From a virus (Duplodnaviria > Caudoviricetes): a stretch of 64,000 bases of DNA. The notes below the pieces were generated by a model that ran no database searches, was not told where the DNA came from, and saw nothing but the letters and a program-made list of their open reading frames with translations. This document shows positions 16,522-26,276 of this stretch, in pieces. Location of the stretch: positions 1,510 to 65,509 of IMG/VR virus record IMGVR_UViG_2596583540_000001; one strand, given 5' to 3'. A program made the translations under genes and the position numbers. Within the stretch, counting starts at the first letter, position 1; each line of letters starts with the position of its first letter.

Positions 16522-17124
16522 CTACCATTCTTTCCATGTATAATTGACCGCGTAATCGGGTTTTCCATGGCCAGCATATGCCATGCTTTCCCATTTTCCG
16601 GCTTGATATCCTGCTCCAACCGATAAACCATTATCGTGATACAGAACTCCGCCCTTGAGTTTATGGTTGTTTCTGAGATTTATCTTATACACATCCACCT
16701 GCTGCTGTTCCGTATTAGCCGTTACCACTGTCCGGTCCGTTTTTTCAACTGCTGCTGTCGGCAAATTTTTCGTGTTTTTTCCTGTATCCATTGTTGTTTT
16801 TATATCATCTGCCGTATCGTTAGCTGCTTTTTTTAAGGTAGGTGCAGTTACATAATAAATAGTTTCTGGCGGAATTTCACCATCATGAATATATTCAATT
16901 TGTTTTACCAATTGATTTGCCGTACCATCATCTACATCTAGGGTATTTTTTAATTTACCCGGATTGGTCGTATCTGGGTATTTCATCACTTTAGGCGCTT
17001 CCTGTACCGTTTTTTCATGATGCAGGTAAAAGTATAAGCCAATACCCAGTAAAACAGCTACAACGACAGCACAGACAACACAAACAATTATTTTTTTATG
17101 TTTCTTAATAAAATTCAACATCAC
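16522..17124 (-). CDS. Membrane-anchored protein ending the lysis cassette, possible spanin-like
   Basis: N-terminal TM; C-terminal amphipathic beta strands ending in Trp. Confidence 0.5.
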   Translation of the reverse strand: MMLNFIKKHKKIIVCVVCAVVVAVLLGIGLYFYLHHEKTVQEAPKVMKYPDTTNPGKLKNTLDVDDGTANQLVKQIEYIHDGEIPPETIYYVTAPTLKKAANDTADDIKTTMDTGKNTKNLPTAAVEKTDRTVVTANTEQQQVDVYKINLRNNHKLKGGVLYHDNGLSVGAGYQAGKWESMAYAGHGKPDYAVNYTWKEW

Positions 17125-17145
17125 AAACTCCTTCTCAAATTATCT

Positions 17146-17174
17146 TTGACAATATGGGATATATCCTATATAAT
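17146..17174 (+). promoter_or_regulatory. Consensus sigma70 promoter of TA operon with palindromic operator in the spacer
   Basis: TTGACA-17-TATAAT; spacer region ATATGGGATATATCCTATAT is near-palindromic. Confidence 0.85.
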
Positions 17175-17219
17175 AATTATGAAATATCTACCATATAAAA
17201 TATGCAAGGTAGTGAATCA

Positions 17220-17576
17220 ATGCAAACTTTTGAAGTAATTTTTTATGACAAAAAAAACGGGACAGAACCAGCAAAAGATTTTATCTTAACTCTTAACAAT
17301 AAAATGCGAGCTAAGGTATTACGCACAATTAAACTTTTAGCTGATAATGGTCCCGAACTACGAGAACCTTTATCTAAATCACTCGGATATGGTATTTTTG
17401 AGCTACGTATCAAGTTTGCCTCTGATACCTCTCGTATATTGTATTTTTTCTACGTAGATCAATTGATTATTCTTACAAATGGGTTTATCAAAAAAACACA
17501 AAAGACACCCTCTTCAGAAATTAATAAAGCAAAACGTTATCGTACTGATTACCTCGACAGAAAGGAGTCTGAATAA
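17220..17576 (+). CDS. higB: RelE/ParE-family (HigB/Gp49-like) toxin
   Basis: LREPLSKSLGYGIFELRIK..RILYFF..ILTNGFIKKTQKTP motif. Confidence 0.9.
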   Translation: MQTFEVIFYDKKNGTEPAKDFILTLNNKMRAKVLRTIKLLADNGPELREPLSKSLGYGIFELRIKFASDTSRILYFFYVDQLIILTNGFIKKTQKTPSSEINKAKRYRTDYLDRKESE

Positions 17577-17860
17577 TGACTAAATTCGATGATTTTTTAT
17601 CTCAACAACTTCAAAATCCTGAACTAAAAGCTGAATATGATGCATTAGATCCAGAGTTTACCATTATTCAGTACCTAATTAATGCCAGAAAAAGTACTGG
17701 TTTTACTCAAAAACGCCTTGCTGAAAAAACAGGTATAGCGCAAAGCGATATTAGTAAGTTGGAACGAGGACATGCCAATCCTTCTTTACGAACCCTAAAG
17801 CGGCTCGCTGCCGGTATGGGTATGAAAATGAAAATTGAATTTGTAGCAGATGAAAAATAA
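17576..17860 (+). CDS. higA: XRE HTH antitoxin (HigA-like)
   Basis: TQKRLAEKTGIAQSDISKLERG..NPSL; TAATG coupling to the toxin gene. Confidence 0.9.
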   Translation: MTKFDDFLSQQLQNPELKAEYDALDPEFTIIQYLINARKSTGFTQKRLAEKTGIAQSDISKLERGHANPSLRTLKRLAAGMGMKMKIEFVADEK

Positions 17861-17887
17861 ATATAATTTTTTTGTATTATACAAAAT

Positions 17888-17919
17888 AGGCCGGAAGGAA
17901 ATACTCCCTCCGGTCTTTT
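17888..17919 (+). terminator. Rho-independent terminator
   Basis: GGCCGGAAGG..CCCTCCGGTC followed by a T run. Confidence 0.7.
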
Positions 17920-17925
17920 TCATAT

Positions 17926-18267
17926 CTAATATCGCTGATAAATAATCACAGCCAAAGCTACAATTTCAATTATATTTAATATTTCATTGCCATATTTTTC
18001 CCGGAATGTCTTTTCTGCGGTTTCCACATTAGTCACAACGTTTTTTGCTTCTTGCTGCAATTGGGCTTCCGATGCCGCAATTTTGGCCTTCAAAGATTTA
18101 ATTTCGTCCGCATACAACTCTTTATCATCCTGTTCCAAGTTAGTCAAATGTTGTTTCATATTAACAATATCCTGTTTTACTTTTTCTTCCGGTGTAGTCT
18201 GTACTACCGGTTGAATTTCTGGTGCTGCTAAATTCTGTTCTGTTTCTTGTTTAACTTCTTCTGCCAT
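17926..18267 (-). CDS. Coiled-coil protein with C-terminal TM (lysis cassette)
   Basis: RBS AGGAGG; homologous to 62731-63078 (FREKYGN..IEI). Confidence 0.65.
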   Translation of the reverse strand: MAEEVKQETEQNLAAPEIQPVVQTTPEEKVKQDIVNMKQHLTNLEQDDKELYADEIKSLKAKIAASEAQLQQEAKNVVTNVETAEKTFREKYGNEILNIIEIVALAVIIYQRY

Positions 18268-18303
18268 AATTATTTTCCTCCTATGTTATATATAATATGT
18301 AAA

Positions 18304-18903
18304 TTACGACGGATCGTCGTTCCATTGATCCGTATCCACGTTGGTACCGTCAATATTCCCACTTTCACTATCCTGCCATGCCGCCATGTGCTTGTTCGGA
18401 TATTGGGACGGGAAATCACATTGCGATACTCCATATTCTGCAATCCAATAGGGAACGTAGTCCGCTAATAAGTTTGGATTAATTGCATTGGTTGCATCAC
18501 CAAATTTACCATCACTGGCATACACACCACACTTCAACCCTGCGTTATTGACGGCACAAATAAACGCACTGCATAATGCCGTAGTATCTACGCCATCAGC
18601 AAAACATTCGTCTGCTTCAATATCGTACCAAACACCTAACGGAGGTACTCTGCCATTCAAATAACTGACTAAGTCATTAGCTTCCTGTGCCGCTTCATCA
18701 GGTACCGTAGCATGGGTAAACAGATATACGCCCCAAGGTAAGTCTTCGTTTTCTACATCCTGCAAGAATGTTTCAAAGTCAGCGTCTTCCTGCTTTCCTT
18801 CTTCAATTTTGATGACAACGCCATCTACACCGTTATTTCGTAAATCGTCAAAATTAAGACCTTCCTGCCAATCAGATATGTCAATTACGTTCATGTAAAT
18901 CAT
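18304..18903 (-). CDS. GH25 lysozyme (endolysin)
   Basis: VIDISDWQ, GVYLF, YDIE, YWIAEYG, WQ..NVDTD motifs. Confidence 0.9.
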   Translation of the reverse strand: MIYMNVIDISDWQEGLNFDDLRNNGVDGVVIKIEEGKQEDADFETFLQDVENEDLPWGVYLFTHATVPDEAAQEANDLVSYLNGRVPPLGVWYDIEADECFADGVDTTALCSAFICAVNNAGLKCGVYASDGKFGDATNAINPNLLADYVPYWIAEYGVSQCDFPSQYPNKHMAAWQDSESGNIDGTNVDTDQWNDDPS

Positions 18904-18912
18904 CTCTTAATT

Positions 18913-19194
18913 TCACTTATTATTACCTCCATTTTGTTGTTTTATATCCGGAAACACTCCCCTAGGACTATTAAGTGCCGAATTAATTAAATGGGTAAAC
19001 AAACCGACAAGTCCCGCTCCCATAGCGGTAAGCCCTTGCCAACAACTATCAATAGGAAATTTCATACCGTATAACCCTTCTAACCAATATCCGACTGTCC
19101 ATGAAAACAACACATCAACCGCGCCAAAAACACCGATTACCATGCAAATATCAGCTATATTTTGGTGTATCCATCGTGCAAATTTAAGAAACAT
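18913..19194 (-). CDS. Putative holin
   Basis: 93 aa with two hydrophobic segments, immediately upstream of the endolysin. Confidence 0.6.
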   Translation of the reverse strand: MFLKFARWIHQNIADICMVIGVFGAVDVLFSWTVGYWLEGLYGMKFPIDSCWQGLTAMGAGLVGLFTHLINSALNSPRGVFPDIKQQNGGNNK

Positions 19195-19516
19195 GTAATC
19201 CCTCCCTCGGCGGCAACTCAGAAAGACGCATCATTTCTTTATATTTTTCTTCCATGACACCATTTTGTCCTAAGCTTTCATACTGGTTATACAAGTTTTC
19301 AAAATTACGTTTTTCATAATCAGGGGCCCAATTCTTCTCAAGTACGTAATGCTGATATTTTCCCAATAAATCATCCCGGAGAACTGCCTGTGTTCCGAGT
19401 TTAATTGCAACAACTGCTTTATACAACTTATACAAAATGCCTATAATACCGGATAGCATTATAGGCACGATTGTTATTAATACGACATATAATATTTTTA
19501 AATATATGGTTTCCAT
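19184..19516 (-). CDS. Phage membrane protein (holin-associated)
   Basis: N-terminal TM; GTQAVLR..YESLGQNG motif common in Firmicutes lysis modules. Confidence 0.65.
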   Translation of the reverse strand: METIYLKILYVVLITIVPIMLSGIIGILYKLYKAVVAIKLGTQAVLRDDLLGKYQHYVLEKNWAPDYEKRNFENLYNQYESLGQNGVMEEKYKEMMRLSELPPREGLHVS

Positions 19517-19587
19517 ATCTCACCTCCGATATTTACTCATACCCGCCTATAATCCTCACCAACACTCCATCCATGCCGCGCACATCC

Positions 19588-20835
19588 TTAATACATAAGT
19601 AATACCATTCCCGGTCCACCATTGCCACCTGTTTTAACAGATGGTGTATTATTATCATATTTTCCAGCGGCACCCCCGCCACCAGATCCTAATCCGCCAT
19701 TCCCCGGAGGCGTTGAATTATTTCCAGCAGAACCACCAAACAAACCACCACCTCGTCCACCGACTGATCCTGTAGTTTGGGATTGTCCACTATTTAGAAT
19801 TATCTGAGAATTACCACTATACCCATATATCAAAGCTCCCGTTCCATCAGCCATACCCCCAGATGCATATAGAATAGAACCGAAAGACGAAGCCCCTCCG
19901 TTACTTCCTAAGTTAATTCCGGGTGCACCATTTTTAGTTGCAGCTCCCCCATTGCCGCCTGCCCCTACCGTAATAGCATAATCAGTGCCTGGCGTAACAG
20001 GGATTGAAAAATCTCTGATAATATTTCCACCACCGCCACCATTAGGACATACTGTAGTATTATTTAAATAAGCTCCCCCTGCACCGCCCCCACCAGCTCC
20101 TATAACAGTAACTAAAATCATTGTTATACCTGCCGGACACGTCCATGTATAGGTCCCCGGTGTGGTATATACAACTTTAGTCAATCCACTTTCCGCTGTG
20201 CTCCAAGTTCCATCCCCCCTAAAGAATTTCTTTTGATCACCTGCCGCAGCTACAGGCACTAACCCCTTATTACTAGCAGTCGTGTCCGTTGCCCCGGAAA
20301 ATACAGCCATGCCATCAATTGCCTTTGTTAATCCATCTTTTGTAGCATATGTATCTGTAATAACATTACCGGCTGCATCATATTTTGCTTTTTCCACGAG
20401 AATTTTATCTGCATCTAATGAAGCAATTCCATTGTCAGCCCCCTTAGATGTAGTCGGTACATAACTCAATTGAGGGATTTGTGCAGTCGGAATCTTCCCC
20501 GTATTATCAAGCGTGGCCAATCCATTAGATACTCCCTTTACATTACTTATTGCCGTCTTCACTCTGGCAGGTGACATGATTTTGTCGTCTACCGTTCCGG
20601 CCTTTGCCTCATCATCCGTTGCAAAGGAAGGTGAATCTAACAGCCAATCTGTACCATCCCATTTATACGTATTTTTTAAATCTGTACGATAACATTTCAT
20701 CCCAACAAATAGATTTGCTGTAGGGAATACCTCACCACTGAAATTACTGGCCACACTTTCAAGACTAGTCTGCATCTGTGGTATGACCGTCTTTACATCT
20801 TTTGTCACATCTAACGAATAAAAATTTTGCGCCAT
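19588..20835 (-). CDS. Tail fiber protein with glycine-rich C-terminal domain
   Basis: GLATLD..GKIP repeats, TPGTYTWTCPAG, GAGGGG motifs. Confidence 0.8.
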   Translation of the reverse strand: MAQNFYSLDVTKDVKTVIPQMQTSLESVASNFSGEVFPTANLFVGMKCYRTDLKNTYKWDGTDWLLDSPSFATDDEAKAGTVDDKIMSPARVKTAISNVKGVSNGLATLDNTGKIPTAQIPQLSYVPTTSKGADNGIASLDADKILVEKAKYDAAGNVITDTYATKDGLTKAIDGMAVFSGATDTTASNKGLVPVAAAGDQKKFFRGDGTWSTAESGLTKVVYTTPGTYTWTCPAGITMILVTVIGAGGGGAGGAYLNNTTVCPNGGGGGNIIRDFSIPVTPGTDYAITVGAGGNGGAATKNGAPGINLGSNGGASSFGSILYASGGMADGTGALIYGYSGNSQIILNSGQSQTTGSVGGRGGGLFGGSAGNNSTPPGNGGLGSGGGGAAGKYDNNTPSVKTGGNGGPGMVLLMY

Positions 20836-20839
20836 TCAA

Positions 20840-22528
20840 TCACCATCCTTTCGATACCCATGAAATGATGCCTGTCACTCTATTGCTCGTACTATCAAGC
20901 AGTTCTACTTCAAAATATCTGCCTTTTTCATCGATTTTATCGGTACTCATAATAGACGGCATGGCAAATGCACTGCCACCACGCAGCGTAACCTGCACTT
21001 CCGGAGCGTTATAGTAGTGCTTATTGTAATAGACCTTTGTTGCCGATGTGGTATCCGTTATTTCTACAATGCCGCTGTCATTAGTATCATCAACATCGAC
21101 ATGAAGAGCCACGTCATATAACATCGGCTGTGAATGAGTTGCATTGCTTATTACTTGCAGCCGCATCAACGCTTTTTCATACTCATAATCACCCACATTG
21201 AAATCCGTAAATTCTTCAAATGTATACGGGATATTGATGTCTTTCTTGAACTGTTCCAATGTCAGTTCATTACCTGATATCCGGATTGCTTCCAGAATAG
21301 CATTGCAAGCCCTAACATAAGCATCCGCTAGTAGGAAATATTCAGGCATGGTTTTTCCTTGATATTTAGAAAGAGCTTCTCCAATCGTTACCAATTCTTT
21401 TACAATACGGCTGAATTTCATATCACGGTTAAAAGACTCCGCGGTCAAAACAGTCTCACAAATTCGATGGAAAAGAGCAATCGATTTATGATTATTCAAA
21501 CCAATCCGGTCATTCTTCCTAAGTTCCATCTGACGACTAATAGCATCCATGGTCTGCATGACTTCCATAAATGTGCGGTATATGCTGCACACCCGGCCCA
21601 TGGTATCCGATAAATTAAATATTTCCTTTTTAGATGGAGCCATGCGCTTAGATAGGCCATCCAATAGTTTCATCTGAACAACAATAACATGACGTAAATT
21701 TTGCATTACAGTATCTCGTATCGTAACGTTTTCCAATATTCTAATGATAAAAGATATGTTGTCCCAGTACGTTTCTGTTATACAAAATTTCTCTTTTTTT
21801 ACAGCACTGATATACCGCCTGTAGGCTTCTGCAAAAAACATTGTTTCTTTATACATATTTCTGTAAGTTGTTTGATGTACATCTGATATGGTTGTAGATT
21901 CAGTCTTGATAGATTGGATATATTTTTTCAATATATCCGACATAGATATAGAAAATATTTCTCTAACCATTTGTTGTAAATCAGTAAGGGATGTATCTTG
22001 TACTCTAACAGAATCATCCCATAAAAAATTTAGCATTTTCCATATGCTATCTACCATATTCAGATGTTCTGACAAAAAATGAATGTACTTCCAACTACAC
22101 ACATCTTCCATAGAAAGATAGTCAAATTTAACCGGATAAAAAACTTTCCGGATTGCATCTGAAACTGCAATTACATCTTTCAAAAAATGCTTAAAATCAT
22201 AAGACCTACACTCGTTTACGCCAATGTTCTCCACTATATGGATAATAAAAAAAATATTATCCCAATACGTTTCAGCTATCCGGATAACATCTTTTTGTAC
22301 TATACTAAGTTTTCTGACATACCCTTCGGCAAAATGCATCACTTCATAAGAATTTTTTCCATGATTGGTTATATATGTATCGGATATTCCCATGACATCT
22401 GCATTTCTCATGGCATAATCAGCGTATCCAAAATCTTGCAACGGCTTACTGCATTGTGAATCCGTCAGCAGGAACGCACAATCTTGAACGGCATAGTAAT
22501 GCAGATCGCTCGTAATATCCGTACTCAT
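20840..22528 (-). CDS. Tail-associated structural protein with internal repeats
   Basis: FAE.Y.R...ETYWDNI occurs twice; located in the tail module. Confidence 0.55.
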   Translation of the reverse strand: MSTDITSDLHYYAVQDCAFLLTDSQCSKPLQDFGYADYAMRNADVMGISDTYITNHGKNSYEVMHFAEGYVRKLSIVQKDVIRIAETYWDNIFFIIHIVENIGVNECRSYDFKHFLKDVIAVSDAIRKVFYPVKFDYLSMEDVCSWKYIHFLSEHLNMVDSIWKMLNFLWDDSVRVQDTSLTDLQQMVREIFSISMSDILKKYIQSIKTESTTISDVHQTTYRNMYKETMFFAEAYRRYISAVKKEKFCITETYWDNISFIIRILENVTIRDTVMQNLRHVIVVQMKLLDGLSKRMAPSKKEIFNLSDTMGRVCSIYRTFMEVMQTMDAISRQMELRKNDRIGLNNHKSIALFHRICETVLTAESFNRDMKFSRIVKELVTIGEALSKYQGKTMPEYFLLADAYVRACNAILEAIRISGNELTLEQFKKDINIPYTFEEFTDFNVGDYEYEKALMRLQVISNATHSQPMLYDVALHVDVDDTNDSGIVEITDTTSATKVYYNKHYYNAPEVQVTLRGGSAFAMPSIMSTDKIDEKGRYFEVELLDSTSNRVTGIISWVSKGW

Positions 22529-22530
22529 GA

Positions 22531-22974
22531 TTATGACAAAGTAAACTGGAAAGTCGTTGTCATGGTGTCATCGGCAGCTTTATTGATAACATCAAATGTG
22601 ACGCGATCCAAGAATGTACCCCCGGAAGATGCATTACAGATACCCGCTTCCGTGATTGCGCCTGTTGCTTCTCCTGCTGCAAACGTTGTCGTAAGGGTAA
22701 AGATATGCGTTCCTGCTGTATGTGCATAGGCAGCCGCTTTACGCTTCAGTTCTGTTACAAGTGCCGTTTGTCCTGCCTCTACTGCTGTTGTACCAGTCCC
22801 TACTGCGGTATATGCCATAATAGCAGGCCGAGAAGTACCTGCCAATGCATCACAAATAAAATCAAATCCGGCGGTTAAAATCAAATTGTCCCTGCGCCTT
22901 GCAATAACATCACCATTGGCTTTATGCAGCATTACATTGATACTGCCTTTTATTTTTAATTTATCTTTTTCCAT
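22531..22974 (-). CDS. Phage tail structural protein
   Basis: AVGTGTTA..ITEAGI..INK..DT motif. Confidence 0.65.
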   Translation of the reverse strand: MEKDKLKIKGSINVMLHKANGDVIARRRDNLILTAGFDFICDALAGTSRPAIMAYTAVGTGTTAVEAGQTALVTELKRKAAAYAHTAGTHIFTLTTTFAAGEATGAITEAGICNASSGGTFLDRVTFDVINKAADDTMTTTFQFTLS

Positions 22975-22979
22975 TTTAT

Positions 22980-24746
22980 TTACTCCTTCGGATAACAATA
23001 TAATTGAGTAAAACTGCCACAGGGAGAAACTTCATATGAATCCTGTCCCATGACATCGTAACTCAGACCATATACAAAAAATGACCGCCTATCTATCGTC
23101 TGTGAAATCCCGATAAATAACCAGTCCCTATCTAATGTCTTAATACTTACCGTGAGCATGTCCGGATGAACATCATCACGCAAATAGAATGCATCTTGTT
23201 TTTTATCATACCCCACATAAAGAGTATGACTGCCGCGAAGTACCAAGATGATACAGTCGTGCAGCAACACTTTTTTCTTTATCCAAAATTCAAGGCTAAA
23301 CCGTTCTGGAATCGACACATCATACGATAACTGGGTTGTATCCGTTATGAATATTCCTTTGTTATACCGGCACTCATCTATTGATATGTTGATATTCTCA
23401 TTCAGTGAGCCTCCGTTTGCTGCTGCCGTGCCATCTACAATTGCATTAAATAGATCGTCTGAATCAGCTCCTATATATCGTGCTATTTGTTTCTTTACCT
23501 GTACGCCGTCTATATCACCGATAATGCCACAGACAAGAATATGTTCCGCTTCGTAGCTTTCAACAGAAAAGTCCATATCACAAATACGTATCATTTGCGT
23601 TGTAACAGCATTAATTTTATTATCAATCCAGTTCCGCGCTTTTATTTTTTGTGGTAAAGATACATTCATAATATATTCACCGTTAAAAGCTGATTCTTCA
23701 AGTCGCAGACCATTCATATCACTATCAAGATACATGTTTATTTTGTTACCGCTATACCCTTGTGCCTGCTGATCAAAATTAAATATGATATTCTTATTAA
23801 TTTCTGCATCAGCAGACAGTAAGTACCATGCACAATCAGATGAATAATTATTATGATCATCAACGGCTTTGATCATGAAATACCAATTCCCTGAGTTTGG
23901 ATATATATAATTCTGTTTGTTTAATTTAGTTGAAAATATTTCAATCCCTTGTTCCCAATCATGCGTAGTTCCTACTTTTACAACGTACTTCACATTATAA
24001 AGAGACAAAGCATCCCAGCTAAATGTCAAATCGGCACCATTTTTTTCTACATAAAAGCCTGTCACAGTTGGAACATAACAGGATAACGCACCTCGTTCAC
24101 CTTCTCCAAATTGATCATAATAAGCAATTTCAAGCGTCCTAATAGTATCCTGATTATGATAAAGTACTACATTATCCAATGCTTGATATTTAACACCATC
24201 AATATAAAGGTTGGCACCAATACAATCCGAAGGTATCTCTAAAAACGTTATAAGCGTGCCTTCATTGTTCTTGGTAAGAGAAATATTGGTCGGCGCATTC
24301 GGACGCGACTTGGTATAATGAAGACTAATTCCATTTGAAGTTTTTCCTTCTGTACTAACAGCGAATAGATAAACAACACTGGAATATGATGGTGGTAAAA
24401 TAGTCGTTTCATTATCTTTCGTCTGAATGAGCAGACCATATGCATTCCCTACATTAGAATCCATCCGTACTTCATAGCATTTAAGCTTACTTTCATCGCT
24501 TATTCTATCCCATAATAATAATCCTCCTAAACGGTCAAACGTCAAAGTGAGATTTTTAGGCATATCATATTCGCCTTTATTATTCGCATCTACATCATCA
24601 GCCGTAAATCCATTAGCAAGATTAAGCTGATCATTTACAGTCTTTAAATAACTCCGCAACAGCGACAAAACATATCGTCCATCGCCCTTAATAGATGTTG
24701 GCAAATTTGGGAATGTGACAATTTTTTTGATATCGTCTGCCATCAT
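22980..24746 (-). CDS. Tail protein with FN3-like domains
   Basis: Beta-rich FN3-like segments (W.....Y.V, FMIKAVD); tail module. Confidence 0.6.
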   Translation of the reverse strand: MMADDIKKIVTFPNLPTSIKGDGRYVLSLLRSYLKTVNDQLNLANGFTADDVDANNKGEYDMPKNLTLTFDRLGGLLLWDRISDESKLKCYEVRMDSNVGNAYGLLIQTKDNETTILPPSYSSVVYLFAVSTEGKTSNGISLHYTKSRPNAPTNISLTKNNEGTLITFLEIPSDCIGANLYIDGVKYQALDNVVLYHNQDTIRTLEIAYYDQFGEGERGALSCYVPTVTGFYVEKNGADLTFSWDALSLYNVKYVVKVGTTHDWEQGIEIFSTKLNKQNYIYPNSGNWYFMIKAVDDHNNYSSDCAWYLLSADAEINKNIIFNFDQQAQGYSGNKINMYLDSDMNGLRLEESAFNGEYIMNVSLPQKIKARNWIDNKINAVTTQMIRICDMDFSVESYEAEHILVCGIIGDIDGVQVKKQIARYIGADSDDLFNAIVDGTAAANGGSLNENINISIDECRYNKGIFITDTTQLSYDVSIPERFSLEFWIKKKVLLHDCIILVLRGSHTLYVGYDKKQDAFYLRDDVHPDMLTVSIKTLDRDWLFIGISQTIDRRSFFVYGLSYDVMGQDSYEVSPCGSFTQLYCYPKE

Positions 24747-24747
24747 A

Positions 24748-25230
24748 TCACCCGCTTGTAGTCCCACTTATACCACTTGCAATAGCCTGTTGCAAAGCCT
24801 GCATAATACTTGTATCTTGAGTTATATCCATTTCGTTATCGTTACCAGCCAATAACGTAGCTGCCATTACAACAACATCATTGATCCCGCTATGAGTAAA
24901 CGGAAGATCAATGGTTGTATCATCAATTAAATCAGGTGTAGCAAAATAACGAAAGGGAACGGTTTCGTAATCATCATCAATAATTTTTACTGTCCCATCG
25001 GTCATACGAAGTGGGTATGTTCCAACACAGCACATATAATTTTTAGGAAGTGAATCCCCATCACGCACAGTGGTTTCCTTTATAAATGCTGGCCATCTGG
25101 CAGCAATGAGTAATGAACTTACCTGTTGGACAGCCGTATTTAAAAAATCAATGTATTGAGCGTCTGTATATTCATTTGAGATATCATGAATAGATGACTT
25201 TATTCGAGCTATTGCATCTGTTACTTTCAT
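24748..25230 (-). CDS. Head-tail adaptor-like protein
   Basis: Synteny; IDFLNTA motif. Confidence 0.55.
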   Translation of the reverse strand: MKVTDAIARIKSSIHDISNEYTDAQYIDFLNTAVQQVSSLLIAARWPAFIKETTVRDGDSLPKNYMCCVGTYPLRMTDGTVKIIDDDYETVPFRYFATPDLIDDTTIDLPFTHSGINDVVVMAATLLAGNDNEMDITQDTSIMQALQQAIASGISGTTSG

Positions 25231-25242
25231 AATAAATCACCT

Positions 25243-25872
25243 CTAACAATAAAACGGCATCTGTCTATGCGCATTCGTATATTTACGCCTAGGAACAATA
25301 TTTGACAAAACATCCTCTACAGCCTGTGCCATAGTATCTCCATTCGGATTATTTGCAAGTATAGTGCAACTGATTTTACATAACGCATCTTTAAATATAT
25401 CAGGAATATTAACATTATCAGTTTCTGTTTTTACGCCTGCAATAGCCGCATTATATACCATATCAAGGTCTTTCACGCCTGCATACAACTTGCCACCCAC
25501 TATTTTATACTGATGTGGAAGTGGATCTCTAATGGATTGACACGGTTCAAGCTGTACCCGATTCCATGTCCGTTCAATTGCAACAATGTCAATAAAATCA
25601 TCAGGAAGGTTTATACCGGTCATCCTCATGTCTATATGCGGTACAGATGTGTTATTTGCAACATTATCTGCATCAATTTGAGCGTTAATCGTATCTTCTC
25701 TGATATGAACAGCCTTTTCCAAAAAATCACTGTTTGCTAGTGCATAATACTGGTTTACATATCGAATACATTCATTCAGTGCTTGAATAATATCATAGTC
25801 ACTGAATTGTACAGCATTATTATCTTTTGTCTTATAACGGATAAGTTTCATTAACTCCTTAACCGATATCAT
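25243..25872 (-). CDS. Head-tail adaptor/tail tubular A-like protein
   Basis: SDYDIIQALNE..LPDDF motifs; synteny. Confidence 0.6.
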   Translation of the reverse strand: MISVKELMKLIRYKTKDNNAVQFSDYDIIQALNECIRYVNQYYALANSDFLEKAVHIREDTINAQIDADNVANNTSVPHIDMRMTGINLPDDFIDIVAIERTWNRVQLEPCQSIRDPLPHQYKIVGGKLYAGVKDLDMVYNAAIAGVKTETDNVNIPDIFKDALCKISCTILANNPNGDTMAQAVEDVLSNIVPRRKYTNAHRQMPFYC

Positions 25873-26207
25873 AATAAAAATGCCCCCGTTCCCCGCCAAT
25901 AAATACGTTTGTGATTGACTTTGAATGCTTGATGAAGATCAAAGAACTTTTTCAAATTTCGTAAGTATGTCCGCATATCTCCCTCTTTTTGCGCCCGCCG
26001 TGCGGTAATAAGCCATGGATCAAAATTCCAAAAAGCAGGGGGAATACAGCCCATAAACATACAACGTCCGTTTTTGTCACCAAAATAACCATTTGTTGTT
26101 TCATTGTATTCCCGTACCTTATTTACCTCATCAGAACAGTCAATTTTATTTCGCAATACCACTGTGCCGTTTTTTTCGGTATGAAGGGATTGTTTTGTTA
26201 CTTTCAT
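25869..26207 (-). CDS. Hypothetical phage protein downstream of capsid
   Basis: 112 aa ORF with RBS AAGGTG. Confidence 0.6.
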   Translation of the reverse strand: MKVTKQSLHTEKNGTVVLRNKIDCSDEVNKVREYNETTNGYFGDKNGRCMFMGCIPPAFWNFDPWLITARRAQKEGDMRTYLRNLKKFFDLHQAFKVNHKRIYWRGTGAFLL

Positions 26208-26276
26208 TGCATCACCTTCTTTAAAAAAATAGAGACATAGAAAACAATGTTCCTATGCCTCTTAATGATTAAAAAC

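Noticed and set aside
19588-24746. Diversity-generating retroelement acting on tail genes
   Set aside because: No reverse transcriptase or TR/VR pair seen in the window
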